Shown: positions 25,255 through 34,590 of the stretch, one piece after another
Layout: each line of letters opens with the position of its first letter
How positions within the stretch are numbered: position 1 is the first letter of the stretch
DNA from: Escherichia phage vB_EcoS_IME542
Sequence record: MK372342
DNA: 46,553 bases
Strand: one strand, 5' to 3'
Notes under the pieces: model-generated
The model's database searches: none
Told to the model about the DNA's origin: nothing
The model's input: only the letters and a program-made list of their open reading frames with translations
Made by a program: the position numbers and the translations under genes

Positions 25255-26199
25255 ATGGCCATTAAATTTGATGCAGAACAAGCAAAAATCACCGCTCACC
25301 TCGAGCAAATGGGCGTAGATAAAGCAGATGCTGCTGGTATCTGGACTGTTAAACAGCTGACCGCATCACTGAATCGCGCTTACGAACAAGAATACGCAGA
25401 CAACTCAGTTGTTAATATCTTTCCTGTAACCAACGAAATTCCGGGTCACGCGAAATACTTCGAATACCCTGAGTTTGATGGCGTTGGTATTGCTCAGATT
25501 ATCGCTGATTACTCAGATGACCTGCCGCTTGTTGATGCTTTTATGACCGAGAAGCAAGGTAAAGTTTTCCGTTTTGGTAACGCGTTCCTGATTTCCACCG
25601 ACGAAATCAAAGCCGGTGCCGCAACTGGTCAGTCACTGTCAACTCGCAAACAGGCTCTGGCTTTCGAAGCTCACGATAACCTGCTTGATAAGCTGGTATG
25701 GCAGGGCTCTGCCCCGCACGGCATCGTAAGCGTGTTTGACCAGCCGAATATTAACAACGTAGTTGCAACTCCTAACTGGAGCGTCCCACAGAACGCAGTT
25801 AACGACGTTACCGCAATGATTGATGCTGTAGAAACCAGCACCCAGGGCTTCCACCATGTAACTGATATTCTGCTGCCAGCTTCCGCTCGCCGTGTAATGC
25901 AAACGCTGGTTGCTAATACAACCCTGAGCTATGGTGAGTTGTTTACTCGTAACAACCCAGGTGTAACCCTGCGCTTTATGCAGTTCCTGGACAACTACGA
26001 TGGCGCAGGCGGTAAAGCTGCACTGGCGTTTGAAAAGGATCCGCTCAACATGAGCATCGAGATTCCGGAAGCGACGAACGTGCTACCTGGTCAACCTAAG
26101 GATTTGCATTTTAAATATCCTGTAACTTCCAAGGCAACTGGCTTGATTGTATACCGCCCTCTGACAATGGCAGTAATCAAAGGCATCACCTTCGCTTAA
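25255..26199 (+). CDS. major capsid protein (putative)
   Basis: 314 aa; position in head module; GGAATAAAC RBS; strong terminator after; call not motif-based. Confidence 0.65.
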   Translation: MAIKFDAEQAKITAHLEQMGVDKADAAGIWTVKQLTASLNRAYEQEYADNSVVNIFPVTNEIPGHAKYFEYPEFDGVGIAQIIADYSDDLPLVDAFMTEKQGKVFRFGNAFLISTDEIKAGAATGQSLSTRKQALAFEAHDNLLDKLVWQGSAPHGIVSVFDQPNINNVVATPNWSVPQNAVNDVTAMIDAVETSTQGFHHVTDILLPASARRVMQTLVANTTLSYGELFTRNNPGVTLRFMQFLDNYDGAGGKAALAFEKDPLNMSIEIPEATNVLPGQPKDLHFKYPVTSKATGLIVYRPLTMAVIKGITFA

Positions 26200-26204
26200 T
26201 AAAT

Positions 26205-26228
26205 TGCCCTCTCAGGAGGGCTTTTTTA
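26205..26228 (+). terminator. rho-independent terminator
   Basis: GCCCTC-tcag-GAGGGC followed by TTTTTT. Confidence 0.75.
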
Positions 26229-26291
26229 CGTCTGTACCAAATGGAATTGTTGGGTTATAATCACCAAATCAGATAAACAAAGGAGAAAGTA

Positions 26292-26537
26292 ATGATTAAG
26301 TTAGAACACAGTGGCGCGTGCATGATTGTTTACAAGGGTGATAAATACTTACCAGGCGACACAATTGAAGCAAATGAACTTTGTGACGGACTGAAGCGTC
26401 TGATTGCTGAAGGCAAACTCACCATTGAAGGTGACTACAAGGCAACAAAAGAAGTGGCACAAGAAATCAACAGTAAGAAAAAGCGAAAAGAACCGAAGAC
26501 CATTGACGAGGCTCAGACTGGTCAGGAATATAAATAA
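26292..26537 (+). CDS. hypothetical protein
   Basis: 81 aa; AAGGAG RBS. Confidence 0.45.
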   Translation: MIKLEHSGACMIVYKGDKYLPGDTIEANELCDGLKRLIAEGKLTIEGDYKATKEVAQEINSKKKRKEPKTIDEAQTGQEYK

Positions 26538-26578
26538 CCAAATGGGCGCTTCGGCGTCCGTTTTTGTATGGGGGTTTT

Positions 26579-26971
26579 ATGAACGAACAAGCACTAGTCT
26601 TTATGAGATCGTTAGTTCCTGCTTTGCGTAACGTGCCGGATGAAACTCTGGACGTATGGCTTGAACTGGCAAAGCTATACATCTGCGCCAGTAAGTTTGG
26701 TGATGATGCTTACAAGGCTTTGGCGCTATACACTTTACACATAGCCTTTCTTGATGGTGCACTTAAGCAGAATGAGTCACTAGATGATTATGGCAAGAAG
26801 GTAGCCAGTTACTCCCTGAGCGGTGAATTCTCTATTAGCTACGAATCAAGCTCTCAAACCCAATCATCACTAACAGCTACTCCATGGGGTCGTCTTTATT
26901 GGAATCTCCTTCGCAAGAAAGGTGGCGGCTTTGGTTTAATTTCGTCCTCTGGGCGTGGGTGCGGTTGCTGA
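26579..26971 (+). CDS. putative head-tail connector/adaptor protein
   Basis: Positional; ATG 26579 preferred over track start 26564. Confidence 0.4.
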   Translation: MNEQALVFMRSLVPALRNVPDETLDVWLELAKLYICASKFGDDAYKALALYTLHIAFLDGALKQNESLDDYGKKVASYSLSGEFSISYESSSQTQSSLTATPWGRLYWNLLRKKGGGFGLISSSGRGCGC

Positions 26972-27342
26972 TGAATTATTCTCAAGTAGAATCATTAATG
27001 CGCACGGGAATAAATATCTTTAGCGATGGCGATGGCACTTTCACCATGAAAACAGGTAAGGGCGGCGTTGAGATTGTTGATGGTGTTGAGGTTCCGGTAT
27101 CTGGTGGCGTTGCTTTGATTAAGGGTTTAGTAAGGGAGATTAAGAATAGGGATATTGATGGAGAATATATCCAGTTTGGCGACAAGCGTGGAATCTTCAC
27201 TTCTGAAGTTCCTATCCTGCAAGGCTATAAGATTATCGTAGATAGTGAAACTTACGTAGTGGTTGACCCAAGACCAGTTAAACCAACGGGTACTGTAGTG
27301 GCTTACAGACCCATCCTTAGGAGGATTGCTACTTATGGATAA
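26971..27342 (+). CDS. putative head-tail joining (neck) protein
   Basis: Positional; ATG 26971 overlaps preceding stop (TGATG). Confidence 0.4.
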   Translation: MNYSQVESLMRTGINIFSDGDGTFTMKTGKGGVEIVDGVEVPVSGGVALIKGLVREIKNRDIDGEYIQFGDKRGIFTSEVPILQGYKIIVDSETYVVVDPRPVKPTGTVVAYRPILRRIATYG

Positions 27343-27772
27343 CAATGTTGGTGGCTTAGCCACCTTCACCAACTCTATTAATAATTGGATTTCAAGGGCT
27401 GATGATGGCTTCTCGGACATTGTTTCCGGAACTGTAATTAAAGCGGCAAATGCTATTGTTGATTTGTCTCCTGTAGATACTGGTAGGTTCAAAGCAAACT
27501 GGCAAATCACCGCCAACTCACCAGCCCAGCAATCATTAAATGATTATGACAAATCAGGAAATGAAACTAAGGCTTCATTAGCCAGGCAGGCGAGGGCAGT
27601 TGCTAACTCCAGTGCCACAAAAGTTATCTACATCACCAACCGCCTTGATTATGCGTCTGGCCTTGAATACGGGTCATCAAGGCAAGCGCCAGCGGGTGTT
27701 CTTGGCGTTGTTAATATCAGGCTTGGCAGGTATTTTGAAGAGGCAGTAGCTGAAGCTAGGAGTAAGCGATAA
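27335..27772 (+). CDS. tail completion / neck protein, HK97 gp10-like
   Basis: Motifs VDTGRFKANWQ and YASGLEYGSS; AGGAGG RBS before ATG 27335. Confidence 0.55.
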   Translation: MDNNVGGLATFTNSINNWISRADDGFSDIVSGTVIKAANAIVDLSPVDTGRFKANWQITANSPAQQSLNDYDKSGNETKASLARQARAVANSSATKVIYITNRLDYASGLEYGSSRQAPAGVLGVVNIRLGRYFEEAVAEARSKR

Positions 27773-28170
27773 TGCAATATGAATTATCTTTAGCATCAAG
27801 AAGGTTTGTAACTGATTTAGTAAAAACATTACCAGTCAGATATCCAATTGCTTACGAAAATGTAGCTTTCTCCCCACCAAATAATGGTGGAATGTGGTTC
27901 AAGTATGACTACACAGAAGCTGATACTGTAACATACGGGATAAGCAGAAAGTGTAAATATTATGTGGGCATGGTTCAAGTGTCAATCTTCTTCTCACCTG
28001 GAGATGGTATCGATACCGCAAGGAGAATTGCTAATCAATTGGCAGAATCAATGACTGATGGTACAATGCTTGACACAGGCTACATTTATGAGGGTGGAGT
28101 AGTTCACCCAGTAGTGAAGTCACAATCTGGCTGGTTCATTCCAGTTCGTTTCTATGTTCGTCTAGACTAA
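27772..28170 (+). CDS. putative tail terminator / minor tail protein
   Basis: Positional, upstream of major tail protein. Confidence 0.4.
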   Translation: MQYELSLASRRFVTDLVKTLPVRYPIAYENVAFSPPNNGGMWFKYDYTEADTVTYGISRKCKYYVGMVQVSIFFSPGDGIDTARRIANQLAESMTDGTMLDTGYIYEGGVVHPVVKSQSGWFIPVRFYVRLD

Positions 28171-28181
28171 AAGGAAAATAT

Positions 28182-28838
28182 ATGGCCCATCTTAGTAACG
28201 GCACTCAGGTCTTCGTAGAAGGCACCAGGGGAGCTACTATCGACGTAACCGCGATTTCCAACGCCGTTACTCCTGTTTTAACTTTATCCAGCGTTGAAGA
28301 TATTGCTCGCGGTGATTACCTTCTGTTTACCAGCTCAGCTTCAACCCTGCTGGCTGACAAGCAAGTTCGCGTTACCGCAGTATCTGGTTCAACTGTAACC
28401 GTTGAAGGTATTGATACCTCCAACACCACCAAGTTCCCGGCCGGTTTAACTGGCGAAGTGGTTAAGATTCTTAGCTGGTTTGAGGTTCCTTGTGTTCAGG
28501 ACGTATCCACTGACGGTGGTGAACAGCAGTTCGTTAACTTCCAGTGTTTGTCCGATGACCGTGAACAGCAGATTCCAACCTATAAGTCTGCTGTAACTAA
28601 CACCTACACGTTCGCGCACGAATACACCAACCCTGTATATCCGGTTCTGCGTAACTACGATGAGTCTGGCCAGGTTGTTGCGATTCGTCTGTTCGTACCT
28701 CGAGCTAGCGAAATGCGCTTGCAGTCCGGCACTATCGCTTTCAACGACACCCCTACCATTGGTGTTAACGAAATCGAAACGGTATCCATCGCAGTATCAA
28801 TTCGTGGTCGCCTGTCCTCTGTGGCAGCTGAAGTTTAA
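28182..28838 (+). CDS. major tail protein (putative)
   Basis: 218 aa; AAGGAAAA RBS; followed by strong terminator; precedes chaperone and tape measure genes. Confidence 0.6.
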   Translation: MAHLSNGTQVFVEGTRGATIDVTAISNAVTPVLTLSSVEDIARGDYLLFTSSASTLLADKQVRVTAVSGSTVTVEGIDTSNTTKFPAGLTGEVVKILSWFEVPCVQDVSTDGGEQQFVNFQCLSDDREQQIPTYKSAVTNTYTFAHEYTNPVYPVLRNYDESGQVVAIRLFVPRASEMRLQSGTIAFNDTPTIGVNEIETVSIAVSIRGRLSSVAAEV

Positions 28839-28844
28839 AACACA

Positions 28845-28868
28845 AACCCTCTTCGGAGGGTTTTTTAT
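28845..28868 (+). terminator. rho-independent terminator
   Basis: AACCCTC-ttcg-GAGGGTT followed by TTTTTT. Confidence 0.75.
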
Positions 28869-28872
28869 TGCA

Positions 28873-28933
28873 TAGCACTTTTTGCTAAAGCACTTATTCA
28901 GCTTTACTGTATAGTTATCTCATCGAAACGAAA
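28873..28933 (+). promoter_or_regulatory. boxed promoter element (perfect box TAGCActttttGCTA, hairpin AAAGC/GCTTT, TATAGT, CATCGAAACGAAA)
   Basis: Read directly. Confidence 0.55.
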
Positions 28934-28948
28934 TGAGAGATTAAAGAA

Positions 28949-29197
28949 ATGAATAACGTTAAAAACATCATCAAACTTGCTGCAGTTCTTGTTGCTTTTT
29001 ATGCAGTAGTTCAGATTGTTAACCCAACTGGTGAGGCTGATGCCAATAGCAAGGCAAACAAATATACCGTTGAGTTCGCTAAAGCTGAGCGAGCATGTCA
29101 GGAGCTTGTGGGTAGTAAAGTTGACCAAATCATGAAATATGGCAAAGAGGTCTGCAAGGACTCAGCTGCTAAGATTGCAAAAGAAAACACTAAGTAA
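28949..29197 (+). CDS. small secreted or membrane-anchored protein (possible moron)
   Basis: N-terminal hydrophobic IIKLAAVLVAFYAVVQIV; own boxed promoter; inserted between major tail and chaperone genes. Confidence 0.45.
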   Translation: MNNVKNIIKLAAVLVAFYAVVQIVNPTGEADANSKANKYTVEFAKAERACQELVGSKVDQIMKYGKEVCKDSAAKIAKENTK

Positions 29198-29236
29198 TAG
29201 AATACATACTCACAAACAATAAGAGGATTAACTAAG

Positions 29237-29551
29237 ATGGCTAAGTTCAAACTTTCACTGGCAGCACTCCCTGACTTCAAGCTTCCGGTAAAATTCAAGC
29301 TGGCTAACGACCAGGATGTAGAGGTTATCTTTACAGTCAAGCATAAGAAAACATCTGAGCTTCAGGAGCTTTTGCAGAAAGAAGACTTGAGTACTAAAGA
29401 ATTGATTATGGCAATCGCCTCTGATTGGGATTTGGAAGAAGAATACAACGAGGATAACGTTAATGAGTTCTCCGACCTGTTCCCAGCGTCAACGGTTGCA
29501 CTGACTACCGCTTACATGCAGGCACTGGCAGGCCAGCGGGTAAAAAACTAA
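29237..29551 (+). CDS. tail assembly chaperone (lambda gpG-like)
   Basis: 104 aa acidic protein immediately upstream of tape measure gene; ends at slippery heptamer. Confidence 0.6.
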   Translation: MAKFKLSLAALPDFKLPVKFKLANDQDVEVIFTVKHKKTSELQELLQKEDLSTKELIMAIASDWDLEEEYNEDNVNEFSDLFPASTVALTTAYMQALAGQRVKN

Positions 29552-29871
29552 AGAGGGCGGTGTATCTACAGTACCAGTCAGATCCAACTGATGCCGAACT
29601 GGAAGCTATTGGGATGCGCCGCTCTGATTACGAAGATGAAGAGCCTGAAGTTTTACACTTCGACGACAACATGATGAAGGCTTGGGACATTTATTGTTCA
29701 ATGGCCACGCAATGGAGGGTTGGAGCTAACGGAGCTACAGGGTTAGATTACAACGTGCTAAATTTCCTCTTTAGAGTGTATAATGTCTCAGAAGAAGAAT
29801 TGGTGCTCAGTGATTTACGCATCCTTGAAGCTAAGGCTCTCGAGATGATGGATAATCTGAGAAAAAAATAA
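29542..29871 (+). CDS. gpT-like extension reached by programmed -1 frameshift at A_AAA_AAC (29542..29548), giving a G-T fusion
   Basis: Downstream ORF is in the -1 frame and open from the heptamer; zero-frame stop TAA immediately follows the heptamer. Confidence 0.6.
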   Translation, partial: KKLKRAVYLQYQSDPTDAELEAIGMRRSDYEDEEPEVLHFDDNMMKAWDIYCSMATQWRVGANGATGLDYNVLNFLFRVYNVSEEELVLSDLRILEAKALEMMDNLRKK

Positions 29872-29906
29872 CCCGCTTCGGCGGGTTTTCTATTATGGAG
29901 GCTTAG

Positions 29907-32888
29907 ATGGCAACAAATGAATTAGCCGGAATCACACTAGCCGTAGACGTCTCGCAGGTAGACAGAGGTACACAGTCCCTGCGGAAGTTCAGGCAGGCAA
30001 ACCAGCAGGCCGCTTCCGGCATTAGTGAGTTCGTCAACGCCGAGCAGGTTGCAAAGAATCAAGCCAGAGACACAGCTCGCGCACTGGCTGAACGGCAATC
30101 ATCTTTGGCTAAATTGCAAACGGCTATTGACCCAACTGCGGCAAAGTTCCGTAAACTCCAGGAGGCTGCTGTAGGTCTTGATAAGGCTTTCGCGGCTGGA
30201 GTAGTTCCTGATGAGGAGTTTTTCCGCTTAGGTGAGGCGCTTGAAACGCAGAACGCAAAACTTGCTCGTTCACGTGCGGCACTAACTGAAGAGGGTAGAG
30301 CGGCGGCGCAAGCTGCAAAGGATAAGGCAAAGGCAAAGGCTGAAGCGGATAGATTCATTGCATCACTTGAGCGTCAGGCTCAGGCGGCAACATTGACGCG
30401 AGAGGAGTACCTAAAGTTACAAGCGGCCCAGCTTGGCGTAAGTTCTCAGGCGGCGCCTATTATTGACAGAATCGCCGATGCATCACGGAAGGCAAACACC
30501 CAGCTAATTGCTCAGAGCAAGGCCTTTCAACGCTCTGGCTTAAGCGCAGGTCAATACAAGGCTGCAATCTCTCAATTGCCAGCGCAGATTACAGATATTG
30601 GGACATCACTTGCTGGCGGCATTCCGATTTGGCTTATTGCAATTCAGCAAGGTGGACAAATTAAGGATGCATTTGGAGGTATTGGTAACACATTTAGTTT
30701 TGCGCTTGCTGCTTTAAACCCGTTCAACGTAGCAGTTGGGGTTCTCGGTGGCGCGCTTGTTGCTTTAGGCGTCGGTGCTGCGCAGGCTGAAAGTGAATTC
30801 AGGGCGTTAAACTCCGCCATTGCGTTCTCAAACAACTCCACAATCGCATCAATCTCGCAGGTTAGAGAGTTGGTTAGCTCTGTTTCTGATGCCACTGGTG
30901 CAACCAGAGGACTTGTGACTAGCATCGCAACAAGCCTTGTTGAGCAAGGAAACCTTACGCTAACGCAGATTGACAAGATTACTAAATCAACAGCCAGATG
31001 GGCTCAGTTGACAGGTAAGGATGCAAAGGAAATTACTGGTTACTATAACCAGATTGCGAGCGACCCAATTCAAGGACTTGCTGATTTAGACAAGAGGTTT
31101 AACTTCCTTACACAGGGGCAGTTAACAACAATTGAAAGATTGAGAGAGACTAGGGGTGAGGTTGAAGCCGTAACTGCTGCTATTGATATATTTAGCAAAT
31201 CACAAGAGGCAAACCTTAACGATATTGCAGCCCAGCTTACTCCTCTTGAATTGGCCTGGAATGACTTCAGGAAGTACATATCTGATGTATGGGATGCAAT
31301 TAGTCGCAGAACGGTTGGGGCGCTAAACCTGTTTGTTGACGTAATCGCCGGAACAATTGAGCAAATTAGGGTCTTCATCAACCAGGGTGATGTGCTGATT
31401 GGTGAATTCGTAATTAGCGCAACACAGGCACTGCAGAACATCCCCGGCCTTGATGGTGTTGGTGATGATGTTGTCAAGGGACAGCAGAAGATTATCGATG
31501 CCGCTAAGAAGCAAAACATTGAGCTAGAGAAGTCTATCAAGGAGCGCGATGCCAGAATCAGAGAAGGAGAACTTGGCTACGTTACTCGCAGAGAAAATCA
31601 GAATACCAATGAGCAGTCAGGCACGGATGAGGAGTTTGCAAAAAGGAAGAAAGCGCTTCAGGATGAACTTGATGCGATCAAGAAGAGCAGGAAAGAAGAA
31701 AATGGTAGGGTTAAAGAGCAAAGAGACCTTACAATTGGTTACGAATCTGGCGTACTTGCACTACAGGCACAACTCAAGGTGCTTCAGGAAAACAGGGATA
31801 TTGGCGCAGTAATAAGCAATGAGCGCAAGCAGTATCTTCAGGAGGTTGCAAAATTCCAGATTCTTGAGCAAAGGCAGCGTGATGGCTCAATAAAAAAAGA
31901 GCAAGCAAGACTTATTCTCGAGAAAGATAAAGTTCTGGAACTAGCAAGGCAGAAAGCTGAACTTGGCGATCAGATTGTTTTGCAGGAAAGAGCTAATAAG
32001 TTAGCTGAGGATAACAGGAAGAAGATTCTTCAGATCAACAACGAAGCAAATAACATTGGTTTTGGCGCCGGATTATCATCTCGTGAGCAGCAGAGAGCCA
32101 GAGAGATTCAGTCGCTTCAGTCCAATCAGTTAAACAAAGGTGGCTCTGTAGATGACACTGATTTTCAGGCTTTACTCGAAGCAAGGCGTAATTTCTATGC
32201 TCAAGAGGATGCGCTACGTGAAAACTGGCTTGCTGGCGTGAATCAATCCTTTGCTAACTGGGCTGAAAGCGCTACAGATGCTTTCTCAATTGCCGGAAGT
32301 TTAACCACTAAGGTATTTGAAGGCATTACTGACCAGATTACTGACCTTGTAACCACTGGAGAAACAAACTTCAGGGAGTTTACTGTAAACATACTCAAGC
32401 AGATTGCAAGAATTGCAACTCAGCTTCTTATTGTTAAGGCTATCGAGTCTAGCTTAAGTAGCTTTGGTGGTACTGGTGGCGCGATTGGGTCTATCGCATC
32501 TGCGATTGGCGGTGGCTTTGCTAGCGGCGGTTACACTGGAGACGGTGGAAAATATCAACCAGCAGGCACTGTACATAAGGGGGAGTTTGTATTCACAAAA
32601 GAAGCAACAAGCAGGATTGGTGTTAAAAACCTTTACGCATTGATGAGAGGTTACGCAAATGGCGGTGTTGTAGGCGGGCCTTCGGGCTATGCAAATGGCG
32701 GCTTGGTTTCTGGTGGTGCAGATGTTAATGTTAGCGGAATAACCGTTAACGTTAATAGTGGGATTGGAAGCGACCCGGAACAGGCCAAGGCGCTGCAAAA
32801 TGGCGTTAAGGCAATTGTAGCAGAAGAGATTGCTCAGTCTTTCCAGCAGGGCGGCAGAGCATTTGCTTATTTGAGAGGTTTCAACTAA
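29907..32888 (+). CDS. tail tape measure protein
   Basis: 993 aa, long alpha-helical Ala/Gln/Glu-rich N-terminal half, Gly-rich C-terminus; position after G/GT. Confidence 0.85.
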   Translation: MATNELAGITLAVDVSQVDRGTQSLRKFRQANQQAASGISEFVNAEQVAKNQARDTARALAERQSSLAKLQTAIDPTAAKFRKLQEAAVGLDKAFAAGVVPDEEFFRLGEALETQNAKLARSRAALTEEGRAAAQAAKDKAKAKAEADRFIASLERQAQAATLTREEYLKLQAAQLGVSSQAAPIIDRIADASRKANTQLIAQSKAFQRSGLSAGQYKAAISQLPAQITDIGTSLAGGIPIWLIAIQQGGQIKDAFGGIGNTFSFALAALNPFNVAVGVLGGALVALGVGAAQAESEFRALNSAIAFSNNSTIASISQVRELVSSVSDATGATRGLVTSIATSLVEQGNLTLTQIDKITKSTARWAQLTGKDAKEITGYYNQIASDPIQGLADLDKRFNFLTQGQLTTIERLRETRGEVEAVTAAIDIFSKSQEANLNDIAAQLTPLELAWNDFRKYISDVWDAISRRTVGALNLFVDVIAGTIEQIRVFINQGDVLIGEFVISATQALQNIPGLDGVGDDVVKGQQKIIDAAKKQNIELEKSIKERDARIREGELGYVTRRENQNTNEQSGTDEEFAKRKKALQDELDAIKKSRKEENGRVKEQRDLTIGYESGVLALQAQLKVLQENRDIGAVISNERKQYLQEVAKFQILEQRQRDGSIKKEQARLILEKDKVLELARQKAELGDQIVLQERANKLAEDNRKKILQINNEANNIGFGAGLSSREQQRAREIQSLQSNQLNKGGSVDDTDFQALLEARRNFYAQEDALRENWLAGVNQSFANWAESATDAFSIAGSLTTKVFEGITDQITDLVTTGETNFREFTVNILKQIARIATQLLIVKAIESSLSSFGGTGGAIGSIASAIGGGFASGGYTGDGGKYQPAGTVHKGEFVFTKEATSRIGVKNLYALMRGYANGGVVGGPSGYANGGLVSGGADVNVSGITVNVNSGIGSDPEQAKALQNGVKAIVAEEIAQSFQQGGRAFAYLRGFN

Positions 32889-32931
32889 TAGCACAAAATG
32901 GTAAAGCCAAAAGGATTTGGCTTGCTATAAT
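32889..32931 (+). promoter_or_regulatory. boxed promoter element in front of HNH gene (box TAGCAcaaaaTGGTA, hairpin AGCCAAA-agga-TTTGGCT, extended -10 TGcTATAAT)
   Basis: Read directly. Confidence 0.55.
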
Positions 32932-32959
32932 CAACTCATTAAAATCATAAGGAGATAAA

Positions 32960-33430
32960 ATGAACTGGAATGATATTTTTGATTATAGAAATGGCGTTCT
33001 TTATTGGAAGATAAAGCCAGCAATACAATACAATATTGGCGATGTTGCTGGTTTCTTTTGTGAAAAGAGAGGTTACATAATCGTTCAATACAAGCGTGTA
33101 AAGGTAATGGCCCATAGGGTTGTATGGGAAATGTTTAATGGAAGAATAGCTGATGACATGGAAATTGATCACATTGACCACTCTAGAAAAAACAACAACA
33201 TATCAAACATAAGACTGGTAACGAAGAGTGATAACATGAAAAACAAAAGCATGTACTCATCAAATAAAACTGGCGTTGTCGTGGTTAGTTACTGCAAAAC
33301 AAAGAAAAAATTTATATCAAAGATAGGTAAGAGAATTCTATTAACAACAAGCAATTTTGAAGAGGCTGTAAAAGCGAGAAAAAGCGCAGAGATAGCCCTT
33401 AATTATCACAAAAATCACGGGGGTAAATAA
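32960..33430 (+). CDS. HNH homing endonuclease, paralog 3 of 5 (between tape measure and gpM-like gene)
   Basis: MNWNDIFDYRNGVLYWKIK..., EIDHIDHSRKNNNISNIRLVT, C-terminal NYHKNHGGK; AT-rich codon usage. Confidence 0.85.
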   Translation: MNWNDIFDYRNGVLYWKIKPAIQYNIGDVAGFFCEKRGYIIVQYKRVKVMAHRVVWEMFNGRIADDMEIDHIDHSRKNNNISNIRLVTKSDNMKNKSMYSSNKTGVVVVSYCKTKKKFISKIGKRILLTTSNFEEAVKARKSAEIALNYHKNHGGK

Positions 33431-33431
33431 T

Positions 33432-33782
33432 ATGGCTCTAGATACGTTTAATTTTTGCACTCAGATTCAAAATGGAGGCGCGACATTCTCTAACACCAAT
33501 AACGTGCGTATTGTTAGCTTTGGCAATGGTTATGAACAAAGAGGGACGGGAGGATACCGCAGCAATAAGCGCAGCTACCAGATGACTTACACAAACAAGA
33601 ACTGGCGTGAGGTTATGGATTTCTGTTTCAATCACATCATCACACCATTCTTCTGGAGAACACCGCAAGGCGATACTTCTATGTTTGTTATTCAGCAAGA
33701 TAGCATCAGTGTAACGCCATTAAGTAGCGAAGTTCAGACTGTAAGCATGCAATTCGTGGAAGTCTTTAGCTCAATGCGTTAA
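33432..33782 (+). CDS. minor tail protein, lambda gpM-like
   Basis: 116 aa; segments SFGNGYEQR and FFWRTP parallel lambda gpM. Confidence 0.55.
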   Translation: MALDTFNFCTQIQNGGATFSNTNNVRIVSFGNGYEQRGTGGYRSNKRSYQMTYTNKNWREVMDFCFNHIITPFFWRTPQGDTSMFVIQQDSISVTPLSSEVQTVSMQFVEVFSSMR

Positions 33783-33786
33783 ACTA

Positions 33787-33810
33787 AGCCCCATTAGGGG
33801 CTTTTTTTAT
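33787..33810 (+). terminator. rho-independent terminator-like hairpin
   Basis: AGCCCC-atta-GGGGCT followed by TTTTTTT. Confidence 0.6.
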
Positions 33811-33821
33811 TGGAGAAAATC

Positions 33822-34577
33822 ATGTTAAGTCCAAAGTTTGAAAATCAGTTGCAAAGCCTTTTCCCTGGCGAGATTGTGACACTAATCCAGGTTGATGGGA
33901 CGGCATTTGGTAGTCTCGTTTATAATTTCCACAATGAAAACATCTCATACACGCCAGAGGAAATCATGCTGGCCCAAATGAACGGAGAGCCACTGCCAGA
34001 GAAGACAATTACCTTCCGCGGTGAAGAGTATGGGCCCCGACCATTTGGTATCTCGGGTATCAATATGACTTCTGACGGCAAGGCAAACAAGGTTACTCTG
34101 ACAGTATCAAACGTAGACCAGCGCATTAGCGCATTGATTCGTGAATACAATGGTCTAGTTAAGGCTAAGGTTACTATCTGGATTACTACGCGCGATAACA
34201 TCAATGAAGACGGAAGCATCGCTGATGGGGACTATCGACGATTCGTTTACTTCATTGAGCGACCAAAGCAGGTTGACTACAAGACTGCCTCGTTTGAGCT
34301 AAGTAGCCCAATGGATATGGATGGAATTTACATTCCAGCGCGACTTGTTCAGTCAGTTTGCTATTGGGCTTCTCGTGGCTGGTATCGTAGCGGCAATGGT
34401 TGCGCCTATGCTGGAAACCGATACTTTGATAAAGATGATAACCCAGTTAGTGATCCCTCATTAGACTTCTGCTCCGGAACGGTAAACAGTTGCAAAATTA
34501 GATTTGGCGCTAACAATCAATTGGATTTCGGCGGTTGTGCGGCAGCAAGCCTTCAGGCAAAGTCCAATCAGAACTAA
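33822..34577 (+). CDS. minor tail protein, lambda gpL-like (C-terminal Cys cluster)
   Basis: C-terminal cysteines CYWAS...CAYAG...CSG...CKI; GGAG RBS before ATG 33822. Confidence 0.65.
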   Translation: MLSPKFENQLQSLFPGEIVTLIQVDGTAFGSLVYNFHNENISYTPEEIMLAQMNGEPLPEKTITFRGEEYGPRPFGISGINMTSDGKANKVTLTVSNVDQRISALIREYNGLVKAKVTIWITTRDNINEDGSIADGDYRRFVYFIERPKQVDYKTASFELSSPMDMDGIYIPARLVQSVCYWASRGWYRSGNGCAYAGNRYFDKDDNPVSDPSLDFCSGTVNSCKIRFGANNQLDFGGCAAASLQAKSNQN

Positions 34578-34590
34578 GAGGGATTTATTA

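Noticed and set aside
28660-28875. Track ORF 28660..28875 (+) ending in the TAGCA box
   Set aside because: Overlaps the 3' end of the major tail gene in another frame and runs through its terminator; no RBS.
30059-32894. Antisense and alternate-frame ORFs inside the tape measure gene (30059..30358, 30124..30336, 30644..30976, 31070..31540, 31323..31514, 31549..31812, 32454..32894)
   Set aside because: The 993-aa tape measure ORF is the coherent gene; long open frames in other frames are expected there by composition.
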